Assembly (NCBI RefSeq): GCF_029633865.1
Contig: NC_079220.1
Coordinates: 16,722,216-16,786,215 of the forward strand
Direction: 5' to 3'
From: Lampris incognitus
Taxonomy: Eukaryota
DNA length: 64,000 nt
Made by a program: the position numbers and the translations under genes. Below, piece after piece: positions 23,148-35,274 of the stretch (positions are counted from its first letter, which is position 1; the number at the start of each line of letters is the position of its first letter). The notes beneath the pieces are model-generated. The model saw only the letters and a program-made list of their open reading frames with translations, searched no databases and was not told the DNA's origin.

Positions 23148-24072
23148 TTTATATCCATGTATTAATCATACCAGTGGCATCTCTTTAACACACACAATAT
23201 TCATCAATGTTGTCTGTATCGCTGTAGCACATTATAGCAAACTGGTTTACTTCTGTCACCCACTGACGTCGGAAGAACTTCAAGGCAGATTGTCTGAGAT
23301 GTTTGTTTTCTAATCTCTGCCCTTGAAAAACTCTCACAAATTGCATCCTGGTATATGTAGGCAATGTAGAACCGCTCTCTCACCAGGAGAACATAAATTT
23401 CTCTGTCAAAATTAAATGCACAAAGCGGTTATAGTTTCACAAGACTAGATAGACCATGTGGACTTGCTGGATGTACAGTTAATTAGCAGCGAAATTTCCC
23501 TTTAAAGTCAAGTACCAATCAGGATTTTTTTTTAAAAGTAGAGTGATGGCTTGTTAATCCTGCTCCTACCACTTTCCATCTATTTATACTGTGTTTTTAA
23601 TATGTCATAGACCTCTGAAACAGCGCATCATCTTGATGCACAAATATGTGATTCTGGATCGGATTCTCAATTTAACTCAATGGAAAAATGCATAGAGGTG
23701 ATGAAAGATTACCTCCCACCATGTCCGACGCTGACATTTGGCATTTTTCACCTGTATAAGCTGCTGACATTACATATTTTTGAAAACAGAAGCATTAAGA
23801 GGAGCAAAAACCATCTTGTATCCAGGCATATAGAGAAATTGAACTTTTTTTTTGCCGCCAGTTTAGAAGATATCATGGGATACAATTTCTGCTCCTTGGG
23901 TGGAGGACAATTTTATAATATATCAAGTCATCTAAACAAATAATGACTGCCTCATGTCATCTCTACCTACAATGGTCAACATATTTTTAAAAATAGCAGG
24001 ACTGGGATGTGGGATCCAAAAATACATTCAATTTTCCACAGATGAAAACCTGAATAGATCCAGATGGATTTC

Positions 24073-25682
24073 CAAACCCCAATTCCAATGAAGTTGGGAC
24101 GTTGTGTAAAACGTGAATAAAAACAATACAATAATTTGCAAATCCTTTTCGACCTATATTCAATTGAATACACTACAAAGACAAGATATTTAATGTTCAA
24201 ACTGATAAACTTTATTTTTTTTTTGCAAATATTCACTCATTTTGAATTTGATGCCTGCAACACGTTCCAAAGAAGCTGGGACAGGGGCAACAAAAGACTG
24301 GGAAAGTTGAGGAATGCTCTAACAACACCTGTTTGGAACATTCCACAGGTGAACAGGTTAATTGGAAACAGGTGAGTGTCATGATTGGGTATAAAAGGAG
24401 CATCCCCGAAAGGCTCAGTCGTTCACAAGCAAGGATGGGGCGAGGTTCACCACTTTGTGAACAACTGCATGAGCAAATAGTCCAACAGTTTAAGAACAAC
24501 GTTTCTCAACGTACAATTGCAAGGAATTTAGGGATTTCATCATCTACAGTCCATAATATCATCAAAAGATTCAGAGAATCCGGAGAAATCTCTGCACGTA
24601 AGCGGCAAGGCTGAAAACCAACATTGAATGCCCGTGACCTTCGACCCCTCAGGCGGCACTGCATTAAAAACCGACATCATTCTGTAAAGGATATTACCAC
24701 GTGGGCTAAGGAACACTTCGCCAAACCATCGTCAGTTAACACAGTTCGTCGCTACATCTACAAGTGCAAGTTAAAACTCTACCATGCAAAGCGAAAGCCA
24801 TATATCAACAACACCCAGAAACGCCGCCGGCTTCCCTGGGCCCGAGCTCATCTGAGATGGATTGACGCAAAGTGGAAAAGTGTGCTGTGGTCTGATGAGT
24901 CCACATTTCAAATTGTTTCCGGAAATCATGGACGTCATGTCCTCCGGGCTAAAGAGGAAAAGGACCATCCAGATTGTTATCAGCGCAAAGTCCAAAAGCC
25001 AGCATCTGTGATGGTATGGGGGTGTGTTAGTGCCCATGGCATCATGGGTAACTTGCACATCTGTGAAGGCACCATTAATGCTGAAAGGTACATACAGGTT
25101 TTGGAGCAACATATGCTGCCATCCAAGCGACGTCTTTTTCAGGGACGTCCCTGCTTATTTCAGCAAGACAACGCCAAGCCACATTCTGCACATGTTACAA
25201 CAGCTTGGCTTCGTAGTAAAAGAGTGCGGGTACTAGACTGGCCTGCCTGCAGTCCAGACCTGTCTCCCATTGAAAATGTATGGCGCATTATGAAGCGCAA
25301 AATGCGACAACGGAGGCCCCGGACTGTTGAGCAACTGAAGTCGTACATCAAGCAAGAATGGGAAATAATTCCACATACAAAGCTTCAACAATTAGTGTCC
25401 TCAGTTCCCAAACGCTTATTGAGTGTTGTTGAAAGGAAAGATGATGTAACACAGTGGTGAACATGCCCCTGTCCCAGCTTCTTTGGAACGTGTTGCAGGC
25501 ATCAAATTCAAAATGAGTGAATATTTGCAAAAAAACAATAAGGTTTATCAGTTTGAACATTAAATATCTTGTCTTTGTAGTGTATTCAATTGAATATAGG
25601 TCGAAAAGGATTTGCAAATCATTGTATTGTGTTTTTATTTACATTTTACACAACGTCCCGACTTCATTGGAATTGGGGTTTG
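24073..25682 (+). mobile_element. Tc1-like DNA transposon D (long ~200-bp IR type), complete apart from one nonsense codon
   Basis: Termini caaaccccaattccaatgaagttgggacgttgtgtaaaacgtgaataaaaaca... and an inverted copy ending ...ggaattggggtttg|ta. Internal inverted segments lie at 24130..24300 and 25440..25620. Confidence 0.8.
24333..25460 (+). pseudogene. Tc1 transposase, about 375 aa, one in-frame TGA at 24612..24614
   Basis: ...SARKRQG*KPTLNARDLRPLRRHC...; the consensus has GRK here, so CGA>TGA. Otherwise intact DDE (WSDESTF, FQQDNAKPH, DLSPIENVW). Confidence 0.8.
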
Positions 25683-25859
25683 TAAATGATCATTGTTACT
25701 TTCATGGGCTGTTGTTTGATATGTGACCCCAGTATCAATAAGAGACAATCACCTCGCATTTGGATAAGATACATTTAAATGCTGCATCGGATAAAGTACA
25801 TCTAAGGGGAAAACTAAATTTTCTACACTACCTCTTTTTTTTTTCTCCATAAATCGCAG

Positions 25860-26116
25860 AATCCCAATCCCAATCCCAATCCCACCACCAACCAGGTGCG
25901 GAAGAACCATGCATGTGAGGCATGTGGAAAGGCCTTCAGGGATGTCTATCACCTGAACCGCCATCGTCTGTCCCACTCAGATGAGAAACCCTACTCCTGC
26001 CCCATTTGCCAACAACGCTTCAAGAGGAAAGACCGCATGAGCTACCATGTGCGCTCGCACCAAGGCGGCGTGGAGAAACCCTATGTATGTCCCCACTGTG
26101 CCAAGGCTTTCTCTCG
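25860..26116 (+). CDS. maz: MAZ coding exon 4 (zinc fingers 2-4)
   Basis: Acceptor aaatcgcag|. (NP)4 then KNHACEACGKAFRDVYHLNRHRLSHSDEKPYSCPICQQRFKRKDRMSYHVRSHQGGVEKPYVCPHCAKAFSR, near-identical to human MAZ. Donor cg|gtacgt, phase 2. Confidence 0.9.
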
Positions 26117-26284
26117 GTACGTAGAAGACGAAACATCTCCTTACCCGTTACCTGTTACCTTTGTAGGGCCGGAGGGATTTATAAAGTCCCAATACAGCAA
26201 AATAAAAGTCAAATGTTCAGTGTAAGAGCGTAAAGCAATAAAACAAAACGACACAAGGCTGGCTTTAAAAATCGTCCTGACAGT

Positions 26285-26692
26285 GCGTCCGGGTAGCGTA
26301 GCGGTTTATTCCGTTGCCTACCAACACGGGGATCACCGGTTCGAATCCCCGTGTTACCTCCGGCTTGGTCGGGCATCCCTACAGACACAACTGGCCGTGT
26401 CCGCGGGTGGGAAGCCGAATGTGGGTATGTGTTCTGGTCGCTACACTAGCGCCTCCTGTGGTTGGGCGAGGGGGAACTGGGAGGGAATAGTGTGATCCTC
26501 CCACGTGCTACATCCCCCTGGCAAAACTTCTCACTGTCAGGTGAAAAGAAGCGGCTGGCGACTCCACATATATCAGAGGAGGCAAGCGGTAGTCTGCAAT
26601 CCTCCCCAGATCGGCAGAGGGGGCGGAGCAGCAACCGGGACAGCTCGGAAGAGTGGGGTGATTGGCCGCTTACAATCGGGGGGGAAAAAGGA
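26285..26692 (+). mobile_element. tRNA-derived SINE, family B (gcgtccgggtagcgtagcgg...ggttcgaatcccc... head; ~410 bp)
   Basis: Box A/B-like head and a conserved body ...tccctacagacacaa.tggccgtgtc.gcgggtgggaagcc.aatgtgggtatgtg.... Five copies in the window. Confidence 0.8.
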
Positions 26693-27289
26693 TGGAAAAA
26701 AAATTCGTTCTGACGGTCGACGGAGAATTAATCGATTGTAATTTTGGTAATTAATTTATCAGAGGATACGAAGTGGGGGGAAATAACTAGGGATGTCTCG
26801 ATCTGATCCGAGCGATTGATATAGGAGCCGACCTAGAGTTATTTCAATTGATCGGTATCGGCTATTTGAAGCCCAATCAACTTCCAGTCCTCTTTTTTGT
26901 TTTACCCCCTTGCCGTTTGTCTACGGCAGCTGTCGTATAAGTGTCGTAAACGCCCATTTGCGCTCCGTCTAAGCGTGGCGAGCTGACAGTATCCCACACA
27001 CAGCAGTGAAGCTCGTGCTTTAAGAAATCAGCAACAAGTGGCTTAAATGTCTGCAGCGTTTGGCAAGGCAGTAATAACCAAGCTATTTTCAACCCATCTA
27101 ATAAGATAAGGCACTCAAAAGAAATAATTTGAGGGAATACCATTTCGCATGTTTCTATCTGGAGTGTTTTTTCTTTTTGGTCAGTGATTTTGTTTTTGTA
27201 AGAGCTATTTTATATAGTATTTTGTATAGTTTGTTTACGCTGTTATTTTGTTGAATAACAAATATTCATTAAAAGTAACGGAGAGCTGG

Positions 27290-27700
27290 GGGCGTCCGGG
27301 TAGCGTAGCAGTCTGTTCCGTTGCCTACCAACACGGGGATCGTCAGATCAAATCCCCTTGTTACCTCCGGCTTGGTCGGGCGTCTCTACAGACACAATTG
27401 GCCGTGTCTGCGGGTGGGAAGCCGAATGTGGGTATGTGTTCTGGGCGCTGCACTAGCGCCTCCTCTGGTCGGTCGGGGCGCCTGTTTGGGGGAGGAACTG
27501 GGGGTAGTAGCGTCATCCTCGCACGCGCTACGTCCCCCGGGCGAAACTCGTCATTGTCAGGTGAAAAGAGGCGGCTGGCGACTCCACATGTGTCGGAGGA
27601 GGCATGTGGTAGTCTGCAGCCCTCCCCAGATCGGCAGAGCAGCGTCCGAAACAGCTCGGAGGAGTGGGGTAATTGACCGAATACAATTGGGGGGTGTCCA
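27290..27700 (+). mobile_element. SINE-B copy (in tandem orientation with the previous one, ~600 bp apart)
   Basis: About 85% identical to 26285..26692. A short extra fragment lies at 27838..27895. Confidence 0.8.
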
Positions 27701-29108
27701 CAAAAATAAATAAATGAACAACGGACAGCTGTGATGCTATTTTTCTCTTTATGCAGAGCTAGGAAATTGTCAAGCATATCTCACCAAAAGGGGATTGGTT
27801 TTAGTTTGCGCTATATAATTGTAGTACACTGGAGTACACTGTGGTTGGTCGGGGCGCCTGTTCAGGGGGGGAGGGAGAACTGGGGGGAATTGGTATAGGC
27901 TTATGATCAATGTTAAATGCCTCAGATTGGATCAGGGGCAAAAACAAATTTCGGATCATCCCCAATAAATACCAAACTTTTTGTAAAGGTACCAAATGTT
28001 GGTATTAGTACAAGAATAGGAAGTAAAATACCAAACACTTGCTGGTTAAAGCTTCACAAATATGAAGATTTGCTTGCTTTTTCCGCTGGTCATATCATTA
28101 TCAATCAATCAAGCTGCATTTTATATTATAAAATTTATATTTTAAGGGTTTGTTTTGGCTACCAGCCAGAATAAATCAAAACTTTTAAAAAGTCACTTTG
28201 GGCTCTGGGAACTTGTCATGGGCATCTGTCATTATCTTTGGCATTTTATAGATAAAATGATTGATCGATTACTCAAAACATAAATAAATTGTAGATGAAA
28301 ATAATTGTTTGTTGCAGCCCTAGAGTTTTTGTTGTGGCTTTGGACAGTGTTTAGGAATGCAAACAGATTTCTCTCAAAGGTAGAAACCAGAGAACCAAGA
28401 ATTCCTGATGAAACACTGATGCACTGCCTGTGGGTGCCTCACTGACAGTGAACAGGAAACTAATTTTGAAGACTCATGCAATATTTATCTGAACTATTTC
28501 ATCAAAATGGACTATTTTAGTATGGCTATCAGTTCACATCTTGTTCCTCAGTTCATTGTCACGGGGGCTCAGATCCTGATATGCGTTACATCACCAGCAT
28601 CACTCTTCATGTATTTTAGTGAGAATGGGAGACTAACTTATTTATGTCCATAAATAAGTTATTAGTGGAATTTTGAAATATAGGTGTGTGTGTGTGAGAA
28701 AGTTCAAAAGTCTTCACAACCTTATCTTCCTAAAAAGTGCTTTAAATCAAACCACTTGTCAGCAAGCAAGTCTTTACAAAATGGTCTTGACCGTTTTTGC
28801 CATTTCTACATTTACAAAGAATAAACACATAGTGTTGCAATGCAACTTTCAAATGTTTGGTGGCTTGACAAAACAAGCATTCTAGACTTCATTAATCTTC
28901 CTAAAAATCTTTAAGGAATTAGCCTAGGCAGGGGCATCCAACTTTCATTTCGTGACAGGGGTTCACCTGTTAACTGAAGATCCATCTCAAATAAAGAAGA
29001 CAGTTGTCTCGCCTATAATTTTGCATAGTCCAGGTGTGATTTATAAACAATAATTTTCTGCCAGCTCTCAAAACTGTTTTTCAGTGATGATTTTTGTTTT
29101 CATTTCAG

Positions 29109-29172
29109 ACCGGACCATCTCAACAGTCACGTTAGACAGGTGCATTCAACAGAGAGACCCTTCAAGTGCACG
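29109..29172 (+). CDS. maz: MAZ coding exon 5
   Basis: Acceptor catttcag|. (R)PDHLNSHVRQVHSTERPFKCT is identical to human MAZ over PDHLNSHVRQVHSTERPFKC. Donor acg|gtaata. Confidence 0.85.
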
Positions 29173-29278
29173 GTAATATATTTATCTGTCTGTCTGTCTG
29201 TCTATTTGTCTGTCTATCTTTCTATAAAGCACACGTGTTTGACTACATGCATCTATTATAAACTAATGTCTTCCATAG

Positions 29279-29450
29279 ACCTGCACATCTGCGTTTGCCA
29301 CACGGGACCGTCTTCGTGCCCATCTGATTCGTCACGAAGAGAAGGTGCCATGTCACATCTGTGGCAAGCTGTTGTCTGCTGCTTACATCACAGATCACAT
29401 GAGGGTCCATGACCAATCCCAGCATCATGCCTGCCATCTCTGCAACCGCA
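29279..29450 (+). CDS. maz: MAZ coding exon 6 (zinc fingers)
   Basis: Acceptor ttccatag|. TCTSAFATRDRLRAHLIRHEEKVPCHICGKLLSAAYITDHMRVHDQSQHHACHLCNR matches human ...AAFATKDRLRAHTVRHEEKVPCHVCGKMLSSAYISDHMKVH.... Donor a|gtaagt, phase 1. Confidence 0.85.
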
Positions 29451-29776
29451 GTAAGTTAGACGATCAGAGAGAGAGAGAGAGACATTTACGTTTACATTTT
29501 CTCATTTAGCAGACACTTATCCAGAGTGACTTACAAGAGGGCCAGCAATTAGCAGATATATTCCTGTGCCAACCTAGAGGCACCTTCAAGCGCTAACAAG
29601 TAATTATATCATAGCCAAGTGTGCGTGTCATGTTAATTGCAGTTAGTGTAAGTGCATAACAGCTAGATCATCAATTGAGACGTGAGTAATAGAGTTTTAA
29701 TTAGATGAACAGTGCCTCAAATCAGTATCACAGTCATGCCTAGAGTCCATCCATGATAGTGGTGCTCAACCATATG

Positions 29777-29947
29777 CCATGGAGGCCCCAAGAGTATGCA
29801 GGTTTTCATTCCAACTAGAGTTAACACAAGCTGAAATCACTGTTTAGTCCTGATCTTTGGTTGAAAGTGTGTTCATCAGTGAAACCAGATGGTGTGGAGT
29901 CTGGCTAGAATGAAAACCTGCATACTCTTGGCCCTCCGTGGCACATG
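29777..29947. mobile_element. MITE-like element with ~40-bp TIRs in MAZ intron 6
   Basis: ggaggccccaagagtatgcaggttttcattccaactag at 29781..29818; reverse complement ctagaatgaaaacctgcatactcttggccctccgtgg at 29906..29942. Confidence 0.6.
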
Positions 29948-30964
29948 TTTGAGTGTCATTGATGTGTGGATAAAGCTAGGCTTGGAAAAGCAAAGTTTTT
30001 AGGCTTTTCTCGAATGAAATGATTACGACTTGATCCATTACTACATTGCCAAGTTCTTAGTTGTAACGAGTGGGTTGAAAAACTAGCACTTTACTAATTC
30101 GCACTGCTCAAACATCAGGGATGTTGAAGGTAGTTAAGCCTAAGTAATGTGTAAATCGGTTACAAGGCAACCACCACAGCAGCCACTCAATCAATAAACG
30201 TTCACCCATGTATACATGGAGGCCATAGCAGCCTCACAAACAGATACTTGGGATGATGTGGATAATGTCCACATCACCATAAATGTCTAGGGGATGTAGG
30301 CATGAAGCCTAATATGTAAGACCATTGATGGTAAAAAATGTCTGTTTTCTAACAAGTCAATCCAAATGCTGTAAGCAGGCCACATCTTTGTTGTTACTAT
30401 CGTATTATTGTTGATATTACCGCCGTTGTTTGCTAGTAATTTGTTTTGCTATGAGCTATCTTGTAGCCATCCATGTTATGGTTACACCTGCTAGTTGGTG
30501 GATGTGAAAGTATTAGAAGTATGCTCTAGGTAATAACTAATAAATGTGGTGCAACCCATTTTTATTAAGTGTGGTGTAAATATGGACTTAGTAAATACCT
30601 TACAACTAAGTGAAGTTTGGACTTACACACAGTTGGTGCAACTGGCCTCAGCTGAGAGAAAACTCTTAACCTAGACCTCAGCCCTTCTGAAATGGGCAAA
30701 GATAGTATATAACAGCTTGAGTCAATTTTTACAATCAACTGTGCTCTTCTTAATTTTCTCAGCATGTAATGTGGTGTCTGTCATTGATTTTGGAATTGTA
30801 CAACATATTTTAAAATTTGGGTGTTAAGAATCTATTTGGCTCAATTTGACCCTGTTCCATTACCTCCGTCTTGTCAATATTTTTTTCCTTCTCACCTCAT
30901 CTCTGTCTTCTTCCTTGTGTTCCACTTACAACCATTCACTCCTCCTCTTCCTCACTCCTGCCAG

Positions 30965-31293
30965 GTTTCACCACGCTCACCTACTTGCGTGTCCACGCTC
31001 AAAAGCATCACGGGCAGGAATGGAAAGAGAGCGGCGGTGCACGGGGAGGCTTTGGGGGTACGGGGGCTGGGGGGGTACTACTGTGCCAACTTTGCGGGGT
31101 CCAGTGCAAGACGACTACACAGCTCCAGGGTCACATGGGTACCCATGCCCCCCAACAGGCAGACCCCACCCCAGACCCCACGAGTGCCAGTCCTGTTGGC
31201 ACTACCAGTGTGGCGGTCACTGTTGCTGCACCTGGCACAGTTGGACTGCTGGTAACTGACTGCTCCAGTATTGCCCCACAGCCCCACAGCTAG
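30965..31293 (+). CDS. maz: MAZ terminal coding exon (last C2H2 finger, Ala/Pro/Thr-rich tail, TAG stop)
   Basis: Acceptor ctgccag|. (S)FTTLTYLRVHAQKHHGQ...LLCQLCGVQCKTTTQLQGHMGTHAP matches human AFTTAAYLRIHAVKDHG...ILCKLCSVHCKTPAQLAGHMQTH. Stop at 31291..31293. Confidence 0.8.
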
Positions 31294-32559
31294 CATCTTG
31301 TGAGGGCGAAAGGGGGTGAGGGGTGGGTGGGGGGGCACAGGATAATCAGGAGCACCGGGAAGAGGATATATAAGGGAAAGGACTAGAAAGACAGCAGAGC
31401 AGGTATGTGTGAACATATGTATTGTGTATGGGTTTTTAGTGTTTGTATGATGCCTTAAACCTTTTCAACAATAACTGCTTACATTTCCCTTTTCCAAAAG
31501 ATTTCTTCATCAACTTCCAACAGCGGGCCCACACCTGCAAGATTTTGTCATGGAATCTGCTTTTCCTTCAGCTTACTTGAGGTCTTATAAGGAATTTACA
31601 TCGATCATACATTCACCGTCTTCCTCACAGAGAGAAGTGACATCCTGATCTACACCAGATGTGTCAAAGTCAAGAGAAAAAAAGGATGAGATGGCAAGAG
31701 TACCTCAGTGTGAGCTAAAGAGTAAAACTGGTGTTGATTTTTGTTCATATGGACTCGCTATTTCATAATGTCATTGTAGATTTTTGTTTCATTTCAACCG
31801 CACAGCCTGTCACTGTTTTATAAGGCACTTGTCGTTTTTAAATAGTTTTTATTCCATGTTTTATCATTGTTGGATTTTAAGGAGAAAACGGATGGTACAA
31901 TAACATATTTCTTTGCTCCCAACACATTTAAAGATAGGTTCCCGAATTTGCCTTCGTTATAAATTAATTTCAAGACAGCCGGATATTTGGCTCTTTTAGA
32001 TTGGCTATCATGTACATATGATTTTATATAACTTATCAAGGCTAATGAAGTGTTGTTTGTGTGTTTTCCTCATGGACAATGAATGTGCATAACCCATTTA
32101 CTTATAATGATCTTTGTTCTTAATCTGGATGCTGATTTGTAATTCTTGAAGTTGAACTTGCCATGTAATTTGTAGCTACCTTGGTGACACATTCTCTGTG
32201 GCTGTGCATATTGACTGTATTTGATGCATAGTGCATAGCGCCTCGTTACTACTGTATTAAAAGGCTGTAGAAATACATGTCTGGATTCAAGTCAGGTCGA
32301 CCTACGTTTTACTCTGAATGTATGGTGACTGCATACTGCCATAGCAGTTGATTGTAAATATTCGCCTTCTGGACCAAAAGTATTGTTTACACCGGTGAAT
32401 CCAAAGAGCCAACCCTCCCCCACACGGCTTTGCCCAACTCCTCCTACTGAACAAAATAGCAAGTAAGCAGTAACCGTCACCGAGTGCATGAATAGTACCC
32501 TTGACTGGCAAAGAAACTACCCCTTAAAGAAAGAAAAAGCTGCTTGATGAGACTTCACC

Positions 32560-33567
32560 CGAAAGACGAATGGATGTGCCTTTATAGGATATATCTGCAT
32601 TGGATATTACGACGCGATGGCCAGCTAGCGGGCAACCTAGAGCTAGCTCACGCTAGCTGGCTGGCAACGTTACAGAGCTAGCAAACCGTGTAGCAAGCGT
32701 TAGCCGCAAAAGCGTATTAGTTAGCGGCGGGCTGCAAACTCCGTCTTTACGCCGATCCCAAAAATTTGTTTCGATGCCCAGCTACCGTCGTCCGCGACCT
32801 GGCGTGATTTCTGTGCTAATTTGACTTTTTTTTTTGTCAGTGGAAAGGGCTTTCAAAAATATAGGTCACCGTGCCCGGATAACGACGGCTATATGGGTCA
32901 TAGACATCATTGGTTATTAGTTAGCTGGAACAGCTGGTTAGCAGGCTCGTGAGACGTTAGCCCGGTTTTTAGCGGACTTCACTGAGACCTCCGTGTTCAC
33001 CAAGTTGCCGCGGAAGCCAGGCCGCTGGAGCTTACCACCGGGCTGTACATAACACAACCCGTCTTTTTTCTGTTTGCGTTTCTATCTAAAAGTCCTTGTG
33101 TTCTTGGCTAAGTTACTGTTAGCTTAAGTATTCGAACAACTTGACTTAACCAGCCACCGGGAGCTTCGCCACAAACAAAGGTAGCTGGCCGAGCTAACTG
33201 AGTTGATACAGAGTTTAGCTGCACGGCGCAACCGGGACCGAGCTTCATGAATGTGGGTGCGTTTGCGAAGACAGCCGCTCCGTTGTGTTTTAATGTTCTC
33301 GTCGCTCCGTCGGAGCTAGCCGACACAGCTCGTTCCTGGCTGCAGCGTTCGCACCTGGCGTCGCTTCATTCCACCTCGACCTCGGCTGTTTACATGCGTA
33401 TCGTTATATGTCATGTTCAGCAAAAAGTCGCCCTCGCCTACATGCACAGGAAACTGATTTGTCATGATCATCGGAAAAACATATTGCATCTGCGATAAGG
33501 TGGGGTTACAGTAGGTTGGTGTAGTTGGCTTTCAAACAAAGTTGACCGTCGGGGTTTTGGAGATAGG
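32560..33567 (+). promoter_or_regulatory. nlk: putative NLK CpG-island promoter / 5'UTR
   Basis: CpG-dense sequence upstream of the first NLK ATG, with a recurrent TAGC/GCTAGC motif. The TSS was not determined. Confidence 0.4.
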
Positions 33568-33875
33568 ATGGCATTCCACAGTACAGGCCGGCAGACAGTT
33601 TGTGGTAACTTGTTTCCGGGCTCTGAGTTGGGCCACAAGTATTTTTGCGTCAACACTTCCTCCGGAACGCCTTCCACGGGCCTGAGCGCAACACCGTGTC
33701 TGACCGGACCCACTGCCCCGGCGGGGACGCCCCGCCACCCGACATCTCTCGGGGGAAGCACCGGCGGCGGGGCGGCTGTACCTCAGCCTTACAGCAACCC
33801 GGCTAGTGAGGTGCCAAGCCCAGCTGAAATGGAGCCGGACCGCCCCATCGGTTATGGCGCATTTGGTGTTGTCTG
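33568..33875 (+). CDS. nlk: NLK coding exon 1
   Basis: Kozak aggATGg. The ORF ends ...SPAEMEPDRPIGYGAFGVVW, matching human NLK ...DIEPDRPIGYGAFGVVW. Donor tg|gtgagc, phase 2. Confidence 0.75.
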
Positions 33876-34099
33876 GTGAGCAGATATCTGCAAGAAAATT
33901 GGGCACCAAAGTTTTGTCATAGAAACAAACGGCCCAGTTTATCATAAGTGACTGCCAAGCTTGCCAACTTGCATAGAACAAAATGTACTTACATGTGAGG
34001 CTCTGCTTTCAATATCACATTGCAGGTTTCTCTGCTTAAACCTGCACGAAAAAGGTTTGTGTGTGTGTGACTTAATGGTGCTTCTCAAATTCCCTGCAG

Positions 34100-34229
34100 G
34101 TCAGTTACAGACCCCCGTGATGGTCGTAAGGTGGCCCTGAAGAAGATGCCCAATGTCTTCCAGAACCTGGTTTCCTGCAAGAGGGTTTTCAGAGAGCTGA
34201 GGATGCTTTGCTTCTTCAAGCACGACAAT
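34100..34229 (+). CDS. nlk: NLK coding exon 2
   Basis: (W)SVTDPRDGRKVALKKMPNVFQNLVSCKRVFRELRMLCFFKHDN, near-identical to human. Splice sites ctgcag| and aat|gtaatg. Confidence 0.9.
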
Positions 34230-34377
34230 GTAATGTTGGCCTGAACAGAGAAAATTATGGTGGGGGCAGAGGGTGGTTAGGAAGGAACATACATTTTAGT
34301 GAGCATAGAAGGTGAGATGCACCCATCAGATTGTTGTTTGTTTTGTGTATTGATGTTGCTTTTTTATCTGTCATTAG

Positions 34378-34433
34378 GTGTTATCAGCCCTGGACATTCT
34401 GCAGCCTCCGCAGATTGATTGCTTCGAGGAAAT
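34378..34433 (+). CDS. nlk: NLK coding exon 3
   Basis: VLSALDILQPPQIDCFEEI. Splice sites cattag| and at|gtatcc. Confidence 0.85.
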
Positions 34434-35130
34434 GTATCCTACACATACCAGTGAAGACGGTATCAAATGTTCCCCCCCATGCTTTTTTGACCTCACATTT
34501 CAGAGCATGGCCTTTAGTCTGTCCAGTAAAACTGTGGTGCATTTTCTATGTATTCAATGTCATTTGTAGCATGCAATACCTCTTACTGACATTTCTTTCT
34601 CATGCCCTTTGTCCCAGTTTCTTTTTATTAATTGTCCCTGTCATGTCCTCCTTTTTTATATCTCATCCACTTAATATAGCTACATGTCTCTAGTCTAAAT
34701 TCAGCACATCACTGCAGATGTAAAACTGGCCACTGGTGAATTTGGGGTTAGGGTTGTTAACTTGACTCTCATTTTTTATGTTTGTGGTGTCAAATACAAA
34801 CGAAGATTTGAAAAGAAAAGATTTTCAGTTTTAAGATTTAATTGTTTTAAAATTTTTAGTTCCTATTACATACCTTTTGTTTTATATGAATTTTGCCGTT
34901 TAAGTTGCATTATTTGTTTATGTTCAGTGTTTCAAGTAAGCCATCAATAGTAATTAATTTGTGGTAGTTTATGTGTAAAAGATTTATCAGAGCCATATAC
35001 AAACTTGAGTTGTGTGATTTCAGCCACATTTTGTGACCATTGAACCAAGAGACATATAACTTGTGGTGAAAGATGGGCTTGTTTTTGTTTGGGAAGGGGT
35101 CAGTTCATGTTTCTCAGAGCTTTTTCTTAA

Positions 35131-35274
<144 letters not shown>

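Noticed and set aside
29460-29476. Short (GA)8 immediately after the MAZ exon 6 donor
   Set aside because: Too short to call as a feature of note; mentioned only as local context.
33532-33981. 149-aa antisense ORF overlapping NLK exon 1
   Set aside because: Antisense to a well-supported coding exon in GC-rich sequence; a chance open frame.
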